DNA of 64,000 nt from Candidatus Anstonellaceae archaeon (lineage in GTDB: Archaea > Micrarchaeota > Micrarchaeia > Anstonellales > Anstonellaceae): positions 4,728-68,727 of the forward strand of contig JAWAEW010000004.1 in assembly GCA_038891035.1 (NCBI GenBank). Reading direction: 5' to 3'. Positions 1-9,084 of this stretch are shown here, in pieces (position 1 is the stretch's first letter; each line of letters opens with the position of its first letter). The notes under the pieces are model-generated. The model worked only from the letters and a program-made list of their open reading frames with translations. It did no database searches and was not told the origin of the DNA. Made by a program: the position numbers and the translations under genes.

Positions 1-911
1 TTTATTTCTTCATTGCCGCTCCTCACAACGCTCTCAGGATAATCATATTTGTAAGAAGACTGCAGTGTGAATGTTTGAACAGAGGGGTACTCTCTGAGGC
101 AGTTTTGCACATTGGTAGGCTTCAGGTTGCCACGAAAAGGCGCAGAGCCAACTCCTATTATTGGAAGTATTTCAATAGAAGTTTCTTCCTGCAACTGATG
201 AAGCTTTTGCAAGCAAAGCTTGTTCAAAAGTACTGCAGCAAGAGAGCCGTAGTTTAGCGCAGGGTCAGAGCGTGCAAGAAACACCCTCTGGTATTCTGGT
301 TTTCTCTGCTTTATGAACTCTCCAACAATTTTGTCTGCCTCTGTAAGCGATTTTCTGTCTTCAACTAAAGGTATCACAGAAATCTCAGAAGGCGAAAATT
401 CACCTACCCATTCTGCCACGCTTATGCCTGCAACCATAGCAGTTCTTTTCCCAACCACTATTTTTTTGTAATACTCATAAACCCTTTCAAGCTGCTCTGA
501 TGAAGTGCACATTGGCAAAATTATCTCCCATACAGGGGCAACATCGCTTCCTGTAGCAGCTGCAATGTCATAGTTTCTTGGTATAGTCTCCAAAGTTTCA
601 AGAAGTATTTTTCCCTGCGTCTTTTCTACACTAGGGTTGGGCACGCGAAGCGTAAGGTAGACATCTTTTCCTAACCTGTTTTCAGAAAAAAACTGCGGGT
701 ATCGAGTTAGCAGTTTCTCGACTACGTGATTATCTACCTCTTTACCTTCACAATCCCACATCTGCTCTCTGATATTTAGGTGCGAAAAAACATAGTACGC
801 TTCTTTTATCTCGGTTTCACCTGCAAGCACCTCAGTGTCGGCAAAAAAAGGGGAATTGACATTGTCAGGATGCTGCGTGCTCATGCAGCGGGATACTTGT
901 ATTTTTGGCAT
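1..911 (-). CDS. ppcA: archaeal-type phosphoenolpyruvate carboxylase, N-terminal ~303 aa (gene continues past the window start)
   Basis: Absent from the ORF track because it runs off the window edge. My minus-strand translation from the ATG at 909-911 gives MPKIQVSRCMSTQHPDNVNSPFF..LTLRVPNPSVEK..VIPLVEDRKSL..RVFLARSDPALNYG..ILPIIGVGSAPFRG. These blocks match the archaeal PepcA family as I remember it. Confidence 0.85.
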   Translation of the reverse strand, partial: MPKIQVSRCMSTQHPDNVNSPFFADTEVLAGETEIKEAYYVFSHLNIREQMWDCEGKEVDNHVVEKLLTRYPQFFSENRLGKDVYLTLRVPNPSVEKTQGKILLETLETIPRNYDIAAATGSDVAPVWEIILPMCTSSEQLERVYEYYKKIVVGKRTAMVAGISVAEWVGEFSPSEISVIPLVEDRKSLTEADKIVGEFIKQRKPEYQRVFLARSDPALNYGSLAAVLLNKLCLQKLHQLQEETSIEILPIIGVGSAPFRGNLKPTNVQNCLREYPSVQTFTLQSSYKYDYPESVVRSGNEEI

Positions 912-1012
912 GCAATCTTCTTGTATGATTGGCTTTTTATTTTATTGCAACTTAAGTCCTAGTATCTGTTTTTTTAAACATTTATTTTCATTATTTATAA
1001 CAGGTGAGTCAA

Positions 1013-1387
1013 ATGTCGCCGAGATTATCCCAAAAGGAAGCGGTTTTCCTCCTTGAGAAATTTATGAGTAGGAAAGATGCCGAAGAATTAACTTCGCGCA
1101 TAATCAATTCAAAGGATGGCATTAAGAAAGCGGTTGCAAGAGAGCTTCCTTTGTTCGTCTCTCCAAGCCCATTTTATCGTTATCTTCTTGAAGACCTTAC
1201 AGGTGGCCTTCTGAAGACTCCAGAAAGGAAAATAGCAAAAATTCTTTATTCACTTGACCCAAACAAAAAGGAAAAGCCACTTACTTGGAAAGAAATAAAC
1301 AGAAAATATTACCTTGGCCTTTCAGATGAAGTGGCTCAAAAACTTGACGATTTTGAAAAGGAGCCGCAAGCCAGAAGAAACTCTTGA
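1013..1387 (+). CDS. hypothetical protein (about 124 aa)
   Basis: The ORF track starts at a GTG at 1004. The ATG at 1013 is preceded by GGTGA (1003-1007) and a TATA-like ttatttataa (991-1000). No recognisable domain. Confidence 0.5.
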   Translation: MSPRLSQKEAVFLLEKFMSRKDAEELTSRIINSKDGIKKAVARELPLFVSPSPFYRYLLEDLTGGLLKTPERKIAKILYSLDPNKKEKPLTWKEINRKYYLGLSDEVAQKLDDFEKEPQARRNS

Positions 1388-1483
1388 GGCAAGATTTTTA
1401 AATCCATCCTTACTAATAGAAAGCCGCAATTATTCTGGGCGCATGCCCTGACATTAGCACCGGGGTGTTTCGGCTGCGATGCA

Positions 1484-1492
1484 TAAAATATG
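1484..1492 (+). promoter_or_regulatory. TATA-like box in the 23S leader (candidate rRNA promoter)
   Basis: ataaaatat lies about 165 nt upstream of the 23S processing helix. A second A/T box sits at 1394-1403. The assignment is tentative. Confidence 0.3.
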
Positions 1493-1653
1493 AATAAACC
1501 TCCACCGCTTCTTTTTGCGGTGAGAGGGAGGCTCACCGCACAGAGCCGCACTGTTATAGTCATACCCTTATGACACGTCTTCCCCTCTTTGGGGAAGCGT
1601 AGCCTTAGCAAAAGGCAACTTACATGCAGGCTCTGCATGTATTTCATGAGGAT

Positions 1654-1677
1654 GAAGAGAGGCAACTGAAGTTTGCC
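1654..1677 (+). repeat. 5' strand of the 23S rRNA processing helix
   Basis: gaagagaggcaactgaagtttgcc is the exact reverse complement of 4607-4630, giving 24 consecutive base pairs that enclose the 23S gene. Confidence 0.85.
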
Positions 1678-4606
1678 GGATATGCATGTTACGCCAATCA
1701 GTGGATGGCTAGGCTTCGGTAGTTTCACGGCCCCGTGGCAAGCTGCGAAAAGCTCCGGGTAGGAGCAGGCATCCTTTGATCCGGAGATCGGGCTGTGTGC
1801 CGAAAGGCACAGACTACCCCGGGAATTAAAACATTCTAGTACCGGGAGGAAAAGAAACCAATAGGGATTCGGTAAGTAAGGGTGACTGAAAGCCGAAAAG
1901 CGCAAACCGAATGCAGTGCGGCAACGCACTGTAGATGTGGGCGGAGCATCCGTTTCCAGATTCGAGGTCGGCTGGAAAGCCGCGCCATAGAGGGTGAAAG
2001 CCCCGTAGATTAATGGAGGCGGAGCGAAGCAAATAAGAGTAGTGCTCATCGAGTATTGGGCATGAAGATGGCGGGACTAACCGCCAACGCTAAATATAAC
2101 CGAAGACCGATAGCGAATTAGTAACGCGAGTGAACGCTGAAAAGGAGTCCGAAAGGACAGTTAAAAGAACCTGAAACTGATTGGTGACAGGTTGATGCAG
2201 CGTGGAAGGGCACGACTGCCAAAGCAACCAGCCGAGAGGCTGGAAGCGAGGCAGGCATACCAGCGTTGCATCGTTCTTCTCGAAGCAAGAGCCAGGGAGT
2301 TGATGTGGTGTGGCGAGGCGAGAGCCGAAGCGAAAGCGAGTGGGCGCATCGAAAGAAAGGCCCGTCGTCCGAAAGGGCGACCAGTCACACTCATCAGACC
2401 TGAAGCCGATGTGAACTAAGCGCGCGCAGGTCGAAGCCAGCCTGACGGCTGGTGGAGGACCGCAACCGGTGCTAGTATATTCTGCTCGGGTGACGTGCGC
2501 TTAGGGGTGATAGTCCAATCGAACTCGGCAATAGCGGGTTCCCCTCGAAATGTCCCTCAGGACAGCCTCGATGGAGGTTGGATGCGGGGTAGAGCACTGA
2601 TCGTAAGGATTGGCCCCGAAAGGGGTCGCCTTGCTGTCAAACTCCGAATCTGCATCCGCCGTAGAAGTCGGGAGTCGGGTTCCGCTGGGTAAGCTAGCGG
2701 GCCATTACGGGAACGACCGGTGCCGCAGTTAAGGTCCCTAAATTCAGGCTAAGTGCTAATCCACAAGGAGTGTCCGGTCTAAAACAGCTGGAAGGTAGGC
2801 TTAGAAGCAGCCATCCTTTAAACAACGCGTAATAGCGGACCAGTCTAGATCGCACATTCCGAAGATGATCGGGGCTAAGCCTGGTACCGAAACTGCGGAG
2901 TTGCCCCAAAAGGGCAATCTGGTAGGGGGGCGAGCTGGCTGGGCAGAAGCAGGGCCGTGAGGTCCTGTGGACTGGCCAGTTATGAATATCCTGGTATTAG
3001 TAACAGCATATCCAGGCGAGAATCCTGGACGCCGCATAGCACACGGGTTTCTGGGCAATGTTCTTCAGCTCAGAGTTAGGCGGTCCTAAGGCAATAGCTA
3101 ATTGCGAATTGCCGAAAGGGAAAACGGTTAAAATTCCGTTCCTGCACAGGTAGATGCGGCAACGCAAGTTGTGTTCCTGACGCTTTGGGGTAGGGGTGGG
3201 GGAGGAGACTTCCCTTAAAGCCCATAATGCCTTGGAGTCTCATTATGAGGAGAAGAGGCATAAAGGGCCCAAATCGTCCTGATCCCTGGAGCCCATGAAA
3301 AGGGAGCGCAACCGACCCTGTGCATCCGTACCTAGAACTATTACAGGTGCTGCTGGCAGAACAAGCCAAGGCGTGTCAGGGCAATTCAGCTAAGGGAACT
3401 CGGCAAGTTAGTGGCTTAACTTCGGGAGAAGCCATGCCTGCCTTTCCGCAAGGATTGGCAGGTCGCAGTGACAAGGGGAGGTCGACTGTTTACCAAAAAC
3501 ACAACTCGCAGCCAATCGGAAACGATTAGTACTGCGGGTGACGCCTGCTCACTACTGGTACGTGAAAGCCTGTTCCAACGGGCTTAAGCGCCAGCAAAGA
3601 GCGGGGGTAACTCTGACCCTCTTAAGGTAGCGTAATACCTCGCCGCTTAATTGGTGGCTTGCATGAAGGGCGTAACGAGCCTCCCACTGTCCCTAGCTGG
3701 AACCTGGTGAACTTACTACTCTGTGAGTATGCAGAGGACTTCTAGGGGGAAACGAAGACCCCGTGGAGCTTTACTATAGCCTGATCTTGTGATACGAGCG
3801 CTGCTGCGGAGCGTAAATGGGAGCCGCTATGTTGCACCTCTCGGGGTGCAAATAGGCGCCGTTGTAACACCATTCAGCAGTGCTTGTATTGCTCACCGCA
3901 AGGGACAGGGTCAGGTGGATAGTTTGGCTGGGGCGGTACGCCCTCGATAAGGAAAATGCGCATAACCAGTTTTTAGAGGAAGGTTAGCGCATCTTCAAAC
4001 AAGGGCGCCCAATGTTCAGCTTAGGCGGGTCAGAAATCCGCCGGTAAGGGTTAAAGACAAATGCTGGACTGACTGTATCCTTAAAAGCGTGGGATGCAGA
4101 GACGAAAGTCGGGCTTAACGAACCTTGGTGCCTTTTTAGTGAGGGCCCAAGCTGTCAGACAAGCTACCCCGGGGGTAACAGGCTCGTCGCGGGCGAGAGT
4201 ACACATCGACCCCGCGGTTTGGTACATCGCTGTCGGCTTAGGTCATCCTGGGGGTGCAGGAGCCCCCAAAGGTTGGGTTGTTCATCCATTAAAGACCTAC
4301 ATGAGCTGGGTTCAGAACGTCGCGAGACAGTTCGGTAGTATCTCCTAGGAGTGTTACCGTTTGAGAGGAAGAACCCATGAGTACGAGAGGAACTTGGGTT
4401 CGGCGCCTCTGGTCTACCGGTTGTGTCAAGCATCGCCGGGCAGCTACGCGCTATTGGATAAGACCTGAAAGCATCTAAGGTCGAAGCCAATCTCAAAACT
4501 AGACGGTGTAGGCGGTCATAGCAGATGACTTTGATAGGGCGGAGGTGTAAGTGGTTAGCTTACGCGAGCCATTCAGCCTGCCGCTACTAAAGCCGTTCAT
4601 GCTCAA
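1678..4606 (+). rRNA. rrl: 23S ribosomal RNA (mature ends lie a few to tens of nt inside these bounds)
   Basis: Conserved LSU blocks are present: ..gtggatggctaggcttcgg.., ..gaccgatagcgaattagtaacgcgag.., ..aagaccccgtggagctttac.., ..gggataacaggct-like ggggtaacaggctcg.., ..gagctgggttcagaacgtcg... The region is enclosed by a 24-bp flanking helix. All ORFs within it are spurious. Confidence 0.95.
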
Positions 4607-4630
4607 GGCAAACTTCAGTTGCCTCTCTTC
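4607..4630 (+). repeat. 3' strand of the 23S rRNA processing helix
   Basis: ggcaaacttcagttgcctctcttc is the perfect complement of 1654-1677. It overlaps the stop codon and last five codons of the convergent CDS 4615-9075. Confidence 0.85.
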
Positions 4631-7600
4631 TTGCTTTCTTCTTCTAACTTTTTCCAAGTTTCTTCTGTCCTTCTTTCAAGAGAGGGTCTCCACAGCTCAT
4701 TTCTTCTTTTTTCCAATTCATCTTTGATTTGTTGGCTGTGCGCATCTCTTTTCTCTTCCTTTATGCTGTTTATTTCCAATTTGAGAAATTCAATATTTTG
4801 TTCTATTTTAAGCTTTATTTTTTCAGCATCCTTTCTTTCATGTACAAACACATCAGTAACAGTTTTATAATCCGTCAGAAATGGGCTCCTTCCAACCCAA
4901 TACTGTGAAGTCTCAGCAAGCCTCTCATTTTCGTATGGTGTCCCTTTTCCAAAAATCAAATCTTTTTCACTCGGGGCAGTGTAAAGCTCATATTCTGCGT
5001 CTTTGACAATATCTATCAGTTTCGATATTCTGTTATAGTTTTGCGGAGTAGCGGCTCGAAGCTCTGAAGAAAGAGTGCCAACCACATTTTTCAACTCAGC
5101 TGCTTGCTGGGAAACTGCAGAAGAATACATTCCCTTCTTCATTCCTTCTTCAATATTTTTTTGAATAATTGAAAGCATCTCCTCATCATTCCTTTTCATA
5201 TTTTTCTCCCATATCTTCTCTTTTTCATCAACAGACATCTTTTTGTAGTCTTCCCACAAAATAGATTTATCCTCTTCTCCGTAAAGGCTGATGGTTGGCG
5301 GAATGCTTACCTTGCTGGTCAAAATAGCATTCTGCTTCTCAGCAAAACTCGTGTAAGGCCGAAGGTCTGATTTAAGTGCTTCCATGCTGTTTCGCATCTC
5401 TGTATTAAGAAGAATCAAGTCTTTGAACGGGTCCCAGCTTTTCTTATCCTCCCCCGGAACTTCTACTTGCTTTGTGACTTCTCTTGTTGCAGAAACAGTA
5501 ATTGCATAATCATTACCATATAGTGTCTGTCTTATCATGCTTGTTTTTGCATTCCTGAATGTGAAATAAATATTGTTCTCTTTGTACTCTTCCTTATTCA
5601 ATAAGTTTCGCAGATTCGTTTCATTTGTTTTAGATATGCCAATTGTTTTAACTTTACCTTCATCAACAAGAATTTGAATGTCCTTTATCTCATTTTTTAT
5701 CGTATCAAAGCTTATTTTTCCTTCATCCATCATTTTAATTAGATCTTGTCCGGTTTTTGCGATAAAATCAGGCCGCTCGATTTTTACCTTTGCACCCTCA
5801 TTCTCATAAATTTTGATTTGGTCATTTTCCTTAACTGCGACGTAAACCTTCCCTTCTTCCAATTGTACTCCGTCAAAAGTTTTTTCGCGCCCAGTAAAAA
5901 CAACCACTTTTCCACTGTTCAATATTTCGTTTACATTAAGTATTTTCATTTCACTTTCATCTTTTTTCTTATATTTTTCATAATACTTACTGATATCTAA
6001 CATTCTTTCAAGTCCATTCTGTGTGACAATCCCCACTTCTTTTCCTTTTATTTCATTGTTTAGTCCAGCATTATTTGCAACTTCAGTCATAAGAGCAAAG
6101 GAAAGAAGAAGATTATATTTCCATCCAAATGTTGCGCCATAATGTTCAGTTGGAACGCTTATCTTTATTACCACCTCTTTATTGTTGCTATCCTCTGCAG
6201 CATTTTTTATTTCAGTAAAAAGACCCGCATTTCTTGTACTTTCTACAAATTCTTTGATTTCTTTAGGATTTCTCAGAGTTGAAATATATTCACGTAGAAC
6301 ACTTTTAATTTCACTCGTAAAGGTTTCCGTTTTCGTTTCTAATTTCTTTTCCGCTCCCCCTCCTGTTTCTTTATAATGAATGGCATCAGCAACCAAACTT
6401 AAAGCTTCATTCAGATTTTTCTTTTGGTCTTCAAATTCTTGCTTTTGTTTATCTGACATATTTTCTACAAGTGAATCCACCCACATTATCCAATTTGAAT
6501 TCATTGCAATTTTTCCAATCTCACCCATTATTTTTTCAGCTTTTTCAACATTAATTTCTTGCCCGTATTTTTCTCTTAAATATGTGGTGGCATTGTAATA
6601 TTTAGAAAATTCTTCAGAATTTACTATGCCTTTTCGCATCTTCAAAGCAATTTCATAATCACAGTCTGCCAAATATACCATATTCTCTGCATATCTTTTT
6701 AGGTCATCAATCCACCCACTTAGTTTTTCACTCTCAATTAGATTTTTTGCCTCATTGAGCTGTTCTTGGCTGGCACCATATATCTTTTCTAGTAAAGAAA
6801 GCTCAAATTTAAGCTGCTCGACTTGCTCAGGATTATTTTTCATCTTTTCTTCATATTCAGCCTTAGCTTGCTCCAAAGCCTTTTTCCTCCCATCTTCGTT
6901 TATCTCCTGCGCTTTTGAAATATGATGTTCTAAGAATTTCATTCTCTGACCTACTTCAAGAAGATAAGCAACGCTTTCCACTCTTTCTTTTGCAGTCCTT
7001 TCAACAACAAATGCCGTTTTTATATCTTCGGCATTTCCTTGTCTGAGAGCCTTATAAGTGTCATGAAGGCTTTCTACATAGGCTGCCATAGCAGCAAGCA
7101 TTCTCTCGTCTGCGCCACCAATTGACAGTTTTGTGAAAATAGCCTGATTGTAGCGCCACCTGTTCTTTTGAAATTGGGCAACTTCTTTGTTGTCAGAAGA
7201 AAGAATAAGCTTATTCCCGCTGGCATCATATAACAAAAATCCTTCCTTACCACGTTTGTCCTTTTCCAATTGTTCGATTTCCTCTATCTTTCCATTCTTG
7301 TCAATCAATAGCCCTTTACCTCCTCTGGTTTCGATATACAAACATTCTTTTCCGTTCTTCTCAACAATATTTCCATATATGATAACCGTATCTTTACCTT
7401 TAGAATAAAGCACAGTCTCTACTTCAGCATTTATAAGTTGAATCGCATTTTGAAAGATATTCAACCCCAATGGAAGCCGCGCAGGCTCATTTATATATGC
7501 TGCAATAAGAAATGCATCCTTACCTATCAGATTTTCTATTTTCTTCACCAATTTTTCAATAAAATCTTCACTTCTGCTCTTATTCCTAAATGCCAGCCAC

Positions 7601-9075
7601 TCAAGAAAAATAGTAAAAAGTGTCTTTCTCCATTCATCAGATGAAAATGCTTTCAAATTTAACGATTCTCTCAAACCAAAAAGAAGTGCAGCTGCAACTC
7701 TTTTCAAAACTCCTGCGTTTTCACCTGCCCCAATAGATTCCATGAACTCTTTCATATCCTTTTCTAGTCTGTTAACTCTTTTTTGTTCTTCAGAACTGAG
7801 GCCCGTGAAAAAAAGTCGCACCGCTTCAAATATATCAGTTGCAGTTAAAGCTACAATTCCTGGCTTAGGGGGCAGTCGTTCGTCATCTTTGCTTCGTGTT
7901 TTTGATGGACCCTCACTTCCCTCTTTACCCTTACCTCCAACTTCAACTACTTGCTGCCTTTGAAGGGAATGTACTAAATTTTTATTTTGTAGTTTATTTT
8001 TTGAGTTTTCAATTTTTTTCTCCAATTCAACGATCCTTCCCTCTACTTTCTGTATTGTTGAATTCAGCTTTCCAAGGCTTCCTTTCAAATCATTTAGCTC
8101 TTTCTTTTCATTATTGGTCAGATTTTGTTTGCTTTCAAGCTCTCGAATCCTATTTTCAACTTTATTTTTCGTATTTTGGAGTTCAGAAAGAGTTTTTTTG
8201 CCTTCGTCCAACTTAATCTGTGTTTTGTTTAATTTTTCTGCATCGGTCAACCCGCCAGCTGCAAAGTACAAATACTGAGAACTTGTTTGCAAAAATTCCA
8301 TAGCCTTAGCAAGTACCTTTCCTATAAGCATGTTCAGCTGCCCAGTTATGCTGATTTTACCCCCACTGAACGTATCAGCCATCTTGTCGAAGCCGATTAT
8401 ATATTGGATTATATCAAAGCTTTTTTGCTGAACTCTCATTGAGTATTGTCTGCCTCTTCCCATTCGCGGAGCAGAAAAATCAAAGAAAGAAAATGGATTT
8501 CTTCCTGCTGCAAATGACGCCCCAAGAAGAAGAGAAAAAATCAGCATGAGAGGCCAGCAAAGAGGAGCCATATCCACAGAAGGCGTATTGCATATGTAAA
8601 ATTCGTTGTGAGAAGGCAAGTAGTTCAAATACTGAAGTGGTACCTTTCTCGTGCCGCATGGTGGAACAGCGGTATAGGTTTGAGGAATTGAGCTTAATCC
8701 GCTTTTGTTTAAGCATTCTTTCGTGTTTGCATCAACAGGACAAAAAATATACCAATAATCAATACATCTTTGGGCATTCGGATTGTATTCGTGTACAACT
8801 TTCCCTTCACTATCTGTCACATCATAGCATACACTAGGGTTAGTAGGCGGATCATTTTGCATTCCAGATAAGTTCACACGATACACAAGCGCATTTTGGA
8901 TTGGCATCTTGTCATAGTTTCCGCTTATATTGTAGACTTTGACAATTATCTTTCCATATGTTTCATCCACTACTATATCCATGTATGAAGGTGTTGGTGT
9001 GGGAGGGCAAATAGGAGAAGAGGTTGCAAAAGCAACCATTGCAACCAATAAAAGCCCAACAAACGCTCTCATCAC
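4615..9075 (-). CDS. giant (1486 aa) membrane-anchored coiled-coil protein; last gene of the envelope operon
   Basis: The N-terminal signal-like segment is MMRAFVGLLLVAMVAFATSS. It is followed by a roughly 150-aa Cys-containing ectodomain, then one TM at about aa 172-190 (LCWPLMLIFSLLLGASFAA) and a basic stretch (GRNPF..RMGRGRQ). About 1280 aa of K/E/N-rich, heptad-like sequence follows. No family recognised. Confidence 0.85.
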   Translation of the reverse strand: MMRAFVGLLLVAMVAFATSSPICPPTPTPSYMDIVVDETYGKIIVKVYNISGNYDKMPIQNALVYRVNLSGMQNDPPTNPSVCYDVTDSEGKVVHEYNPNAQRCIDYWYIFCPVDANTKECLNKSGLSSIPQTYTAVPPCGTRKVPLQYLNYLPSHNEFYICNTPSVDMAPLCWPLMLIFSLLLGASFAAGRNPFSFFDFSAPRMGRGRQYSMRVQQKSFDIIQYIIGFDKMADTFSGGKISITGQLNMLIGKVLAKAMEFLQTSSQYLYFAAGGLTDAEKLNKTQIKLDEGKKTLSELQNTKNKVENRIRELESKQNLTNNEKKELNDLKGSLGKLNSTIQKVEGRIVELEKKIENSKNKLQNKNLVHSLQRQQVVEVGGKGKEGSEGPSKTRSKDDERLPPKPGIVALTATDIFEAVRLFFTGLSSEEQKRVNRLEKDMKEFMESIGAGENAGVLKRVAAALLFGLRESLNLKAFSSDEWRKTLFTIFLEWLAFRNKSRSEDFIEKLVKKIENLIGKDAFLIAAYINEPARLPLGLNIFQNAIQLINAEVETVLYSKGKDTVIIYGNIVEKNGKECLYIETRGGKGLLIDKNGKIEEIEQLEKDKRGKEGFLLYDASGNKLILSSDNKEVAQFQKNRWRYNQAIFTKLSIGGADERMLAAMAAYVESLHDTYKALRQGNAEDIKTAFVVERTAKERVESVAYLLEVGQRMKFLEHHISKAQEINEDGRKKALEQAKAEYEEKMKNNPEQVEQLKFELSLLEKIYGASQEQLNEAKNLIESEKLSGWIDDLKRYAENMVYLADCDYEIALKMRKGIVNSEEFSKYYNATTYLREKYGQEINVEKAEKIMGEIGKIAMNSNWIMWVDSLVENMSDKQKQEFEDQKKNLNEALSLVADAIHYKETGGGAEKKLETKTETFTSEIKSVLREYISTLRNPKEIKEFVESTRNAGLFTEIKNAAEDSNNKEVVIKISVPTEHYGATFGWKYNLLLSFALMTEVANNAGLNNEIKGKEVGIVTQNGLERMLDISKYYEKYKKKDESEMKILNVNEILNSGKVVVFTGREKTFDGVQLEEGKVYVAVKENDQIKIYENEGAKVKIERPDFIAKTGQDLIKMMDEGKISFDTIKNEIKDIQILVDEGKVKTIGISKTNETNLRNLLNKEEYKENNIYFTFRNAKTSMIRQTLYGNDYAITVSATREVTKQVEVPGEDKKSWDPFKDLILLNTEMRNSMEALKSDLRPYTSFAEKQNAILTSKVSIPPTISLYGEEDKSILWEDYKKMSVDEKEKIWEKNMKRNDEEMLSIIQKNIEEGMKKGMYSSAVSQQAAELKNVVGTLSSELRAATPQNYNRISKLIDIVKDAEYELYTAPSEKDLIFGKGTPYENERLAETSQYWVGRSPFLTDYKTVTDVFVHERKDAEKIKLKIEQNIEFLKLEINSIKEEKRDAHSQQIKDELEKRRNELWRPSLERRTEETWKKLEEESKKRGN

Positions 9076-9084
9076 ATCCCAACC

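Noticed and set aside
1388-1653. Possible 5S rRNA, tRNA or other small RNA in the 266-nt region upstream of the 23S helix.
   Set aside because: I could not find a cloverleaf, 5S-like conserved loops or a box C/D arrangement. The region is treated as pre-rRNA leader.
1336-4496. About a dozen ORFs of 60-237 aa on both strands (for example 1336-2049, 3076-3369, 4164-4496).
   Set aside because: They lie inside the 23S rRNA gene and its leader. Their Arg/Gly/Pro-rich translations are typical of rRNA-derived spurious ORFs.
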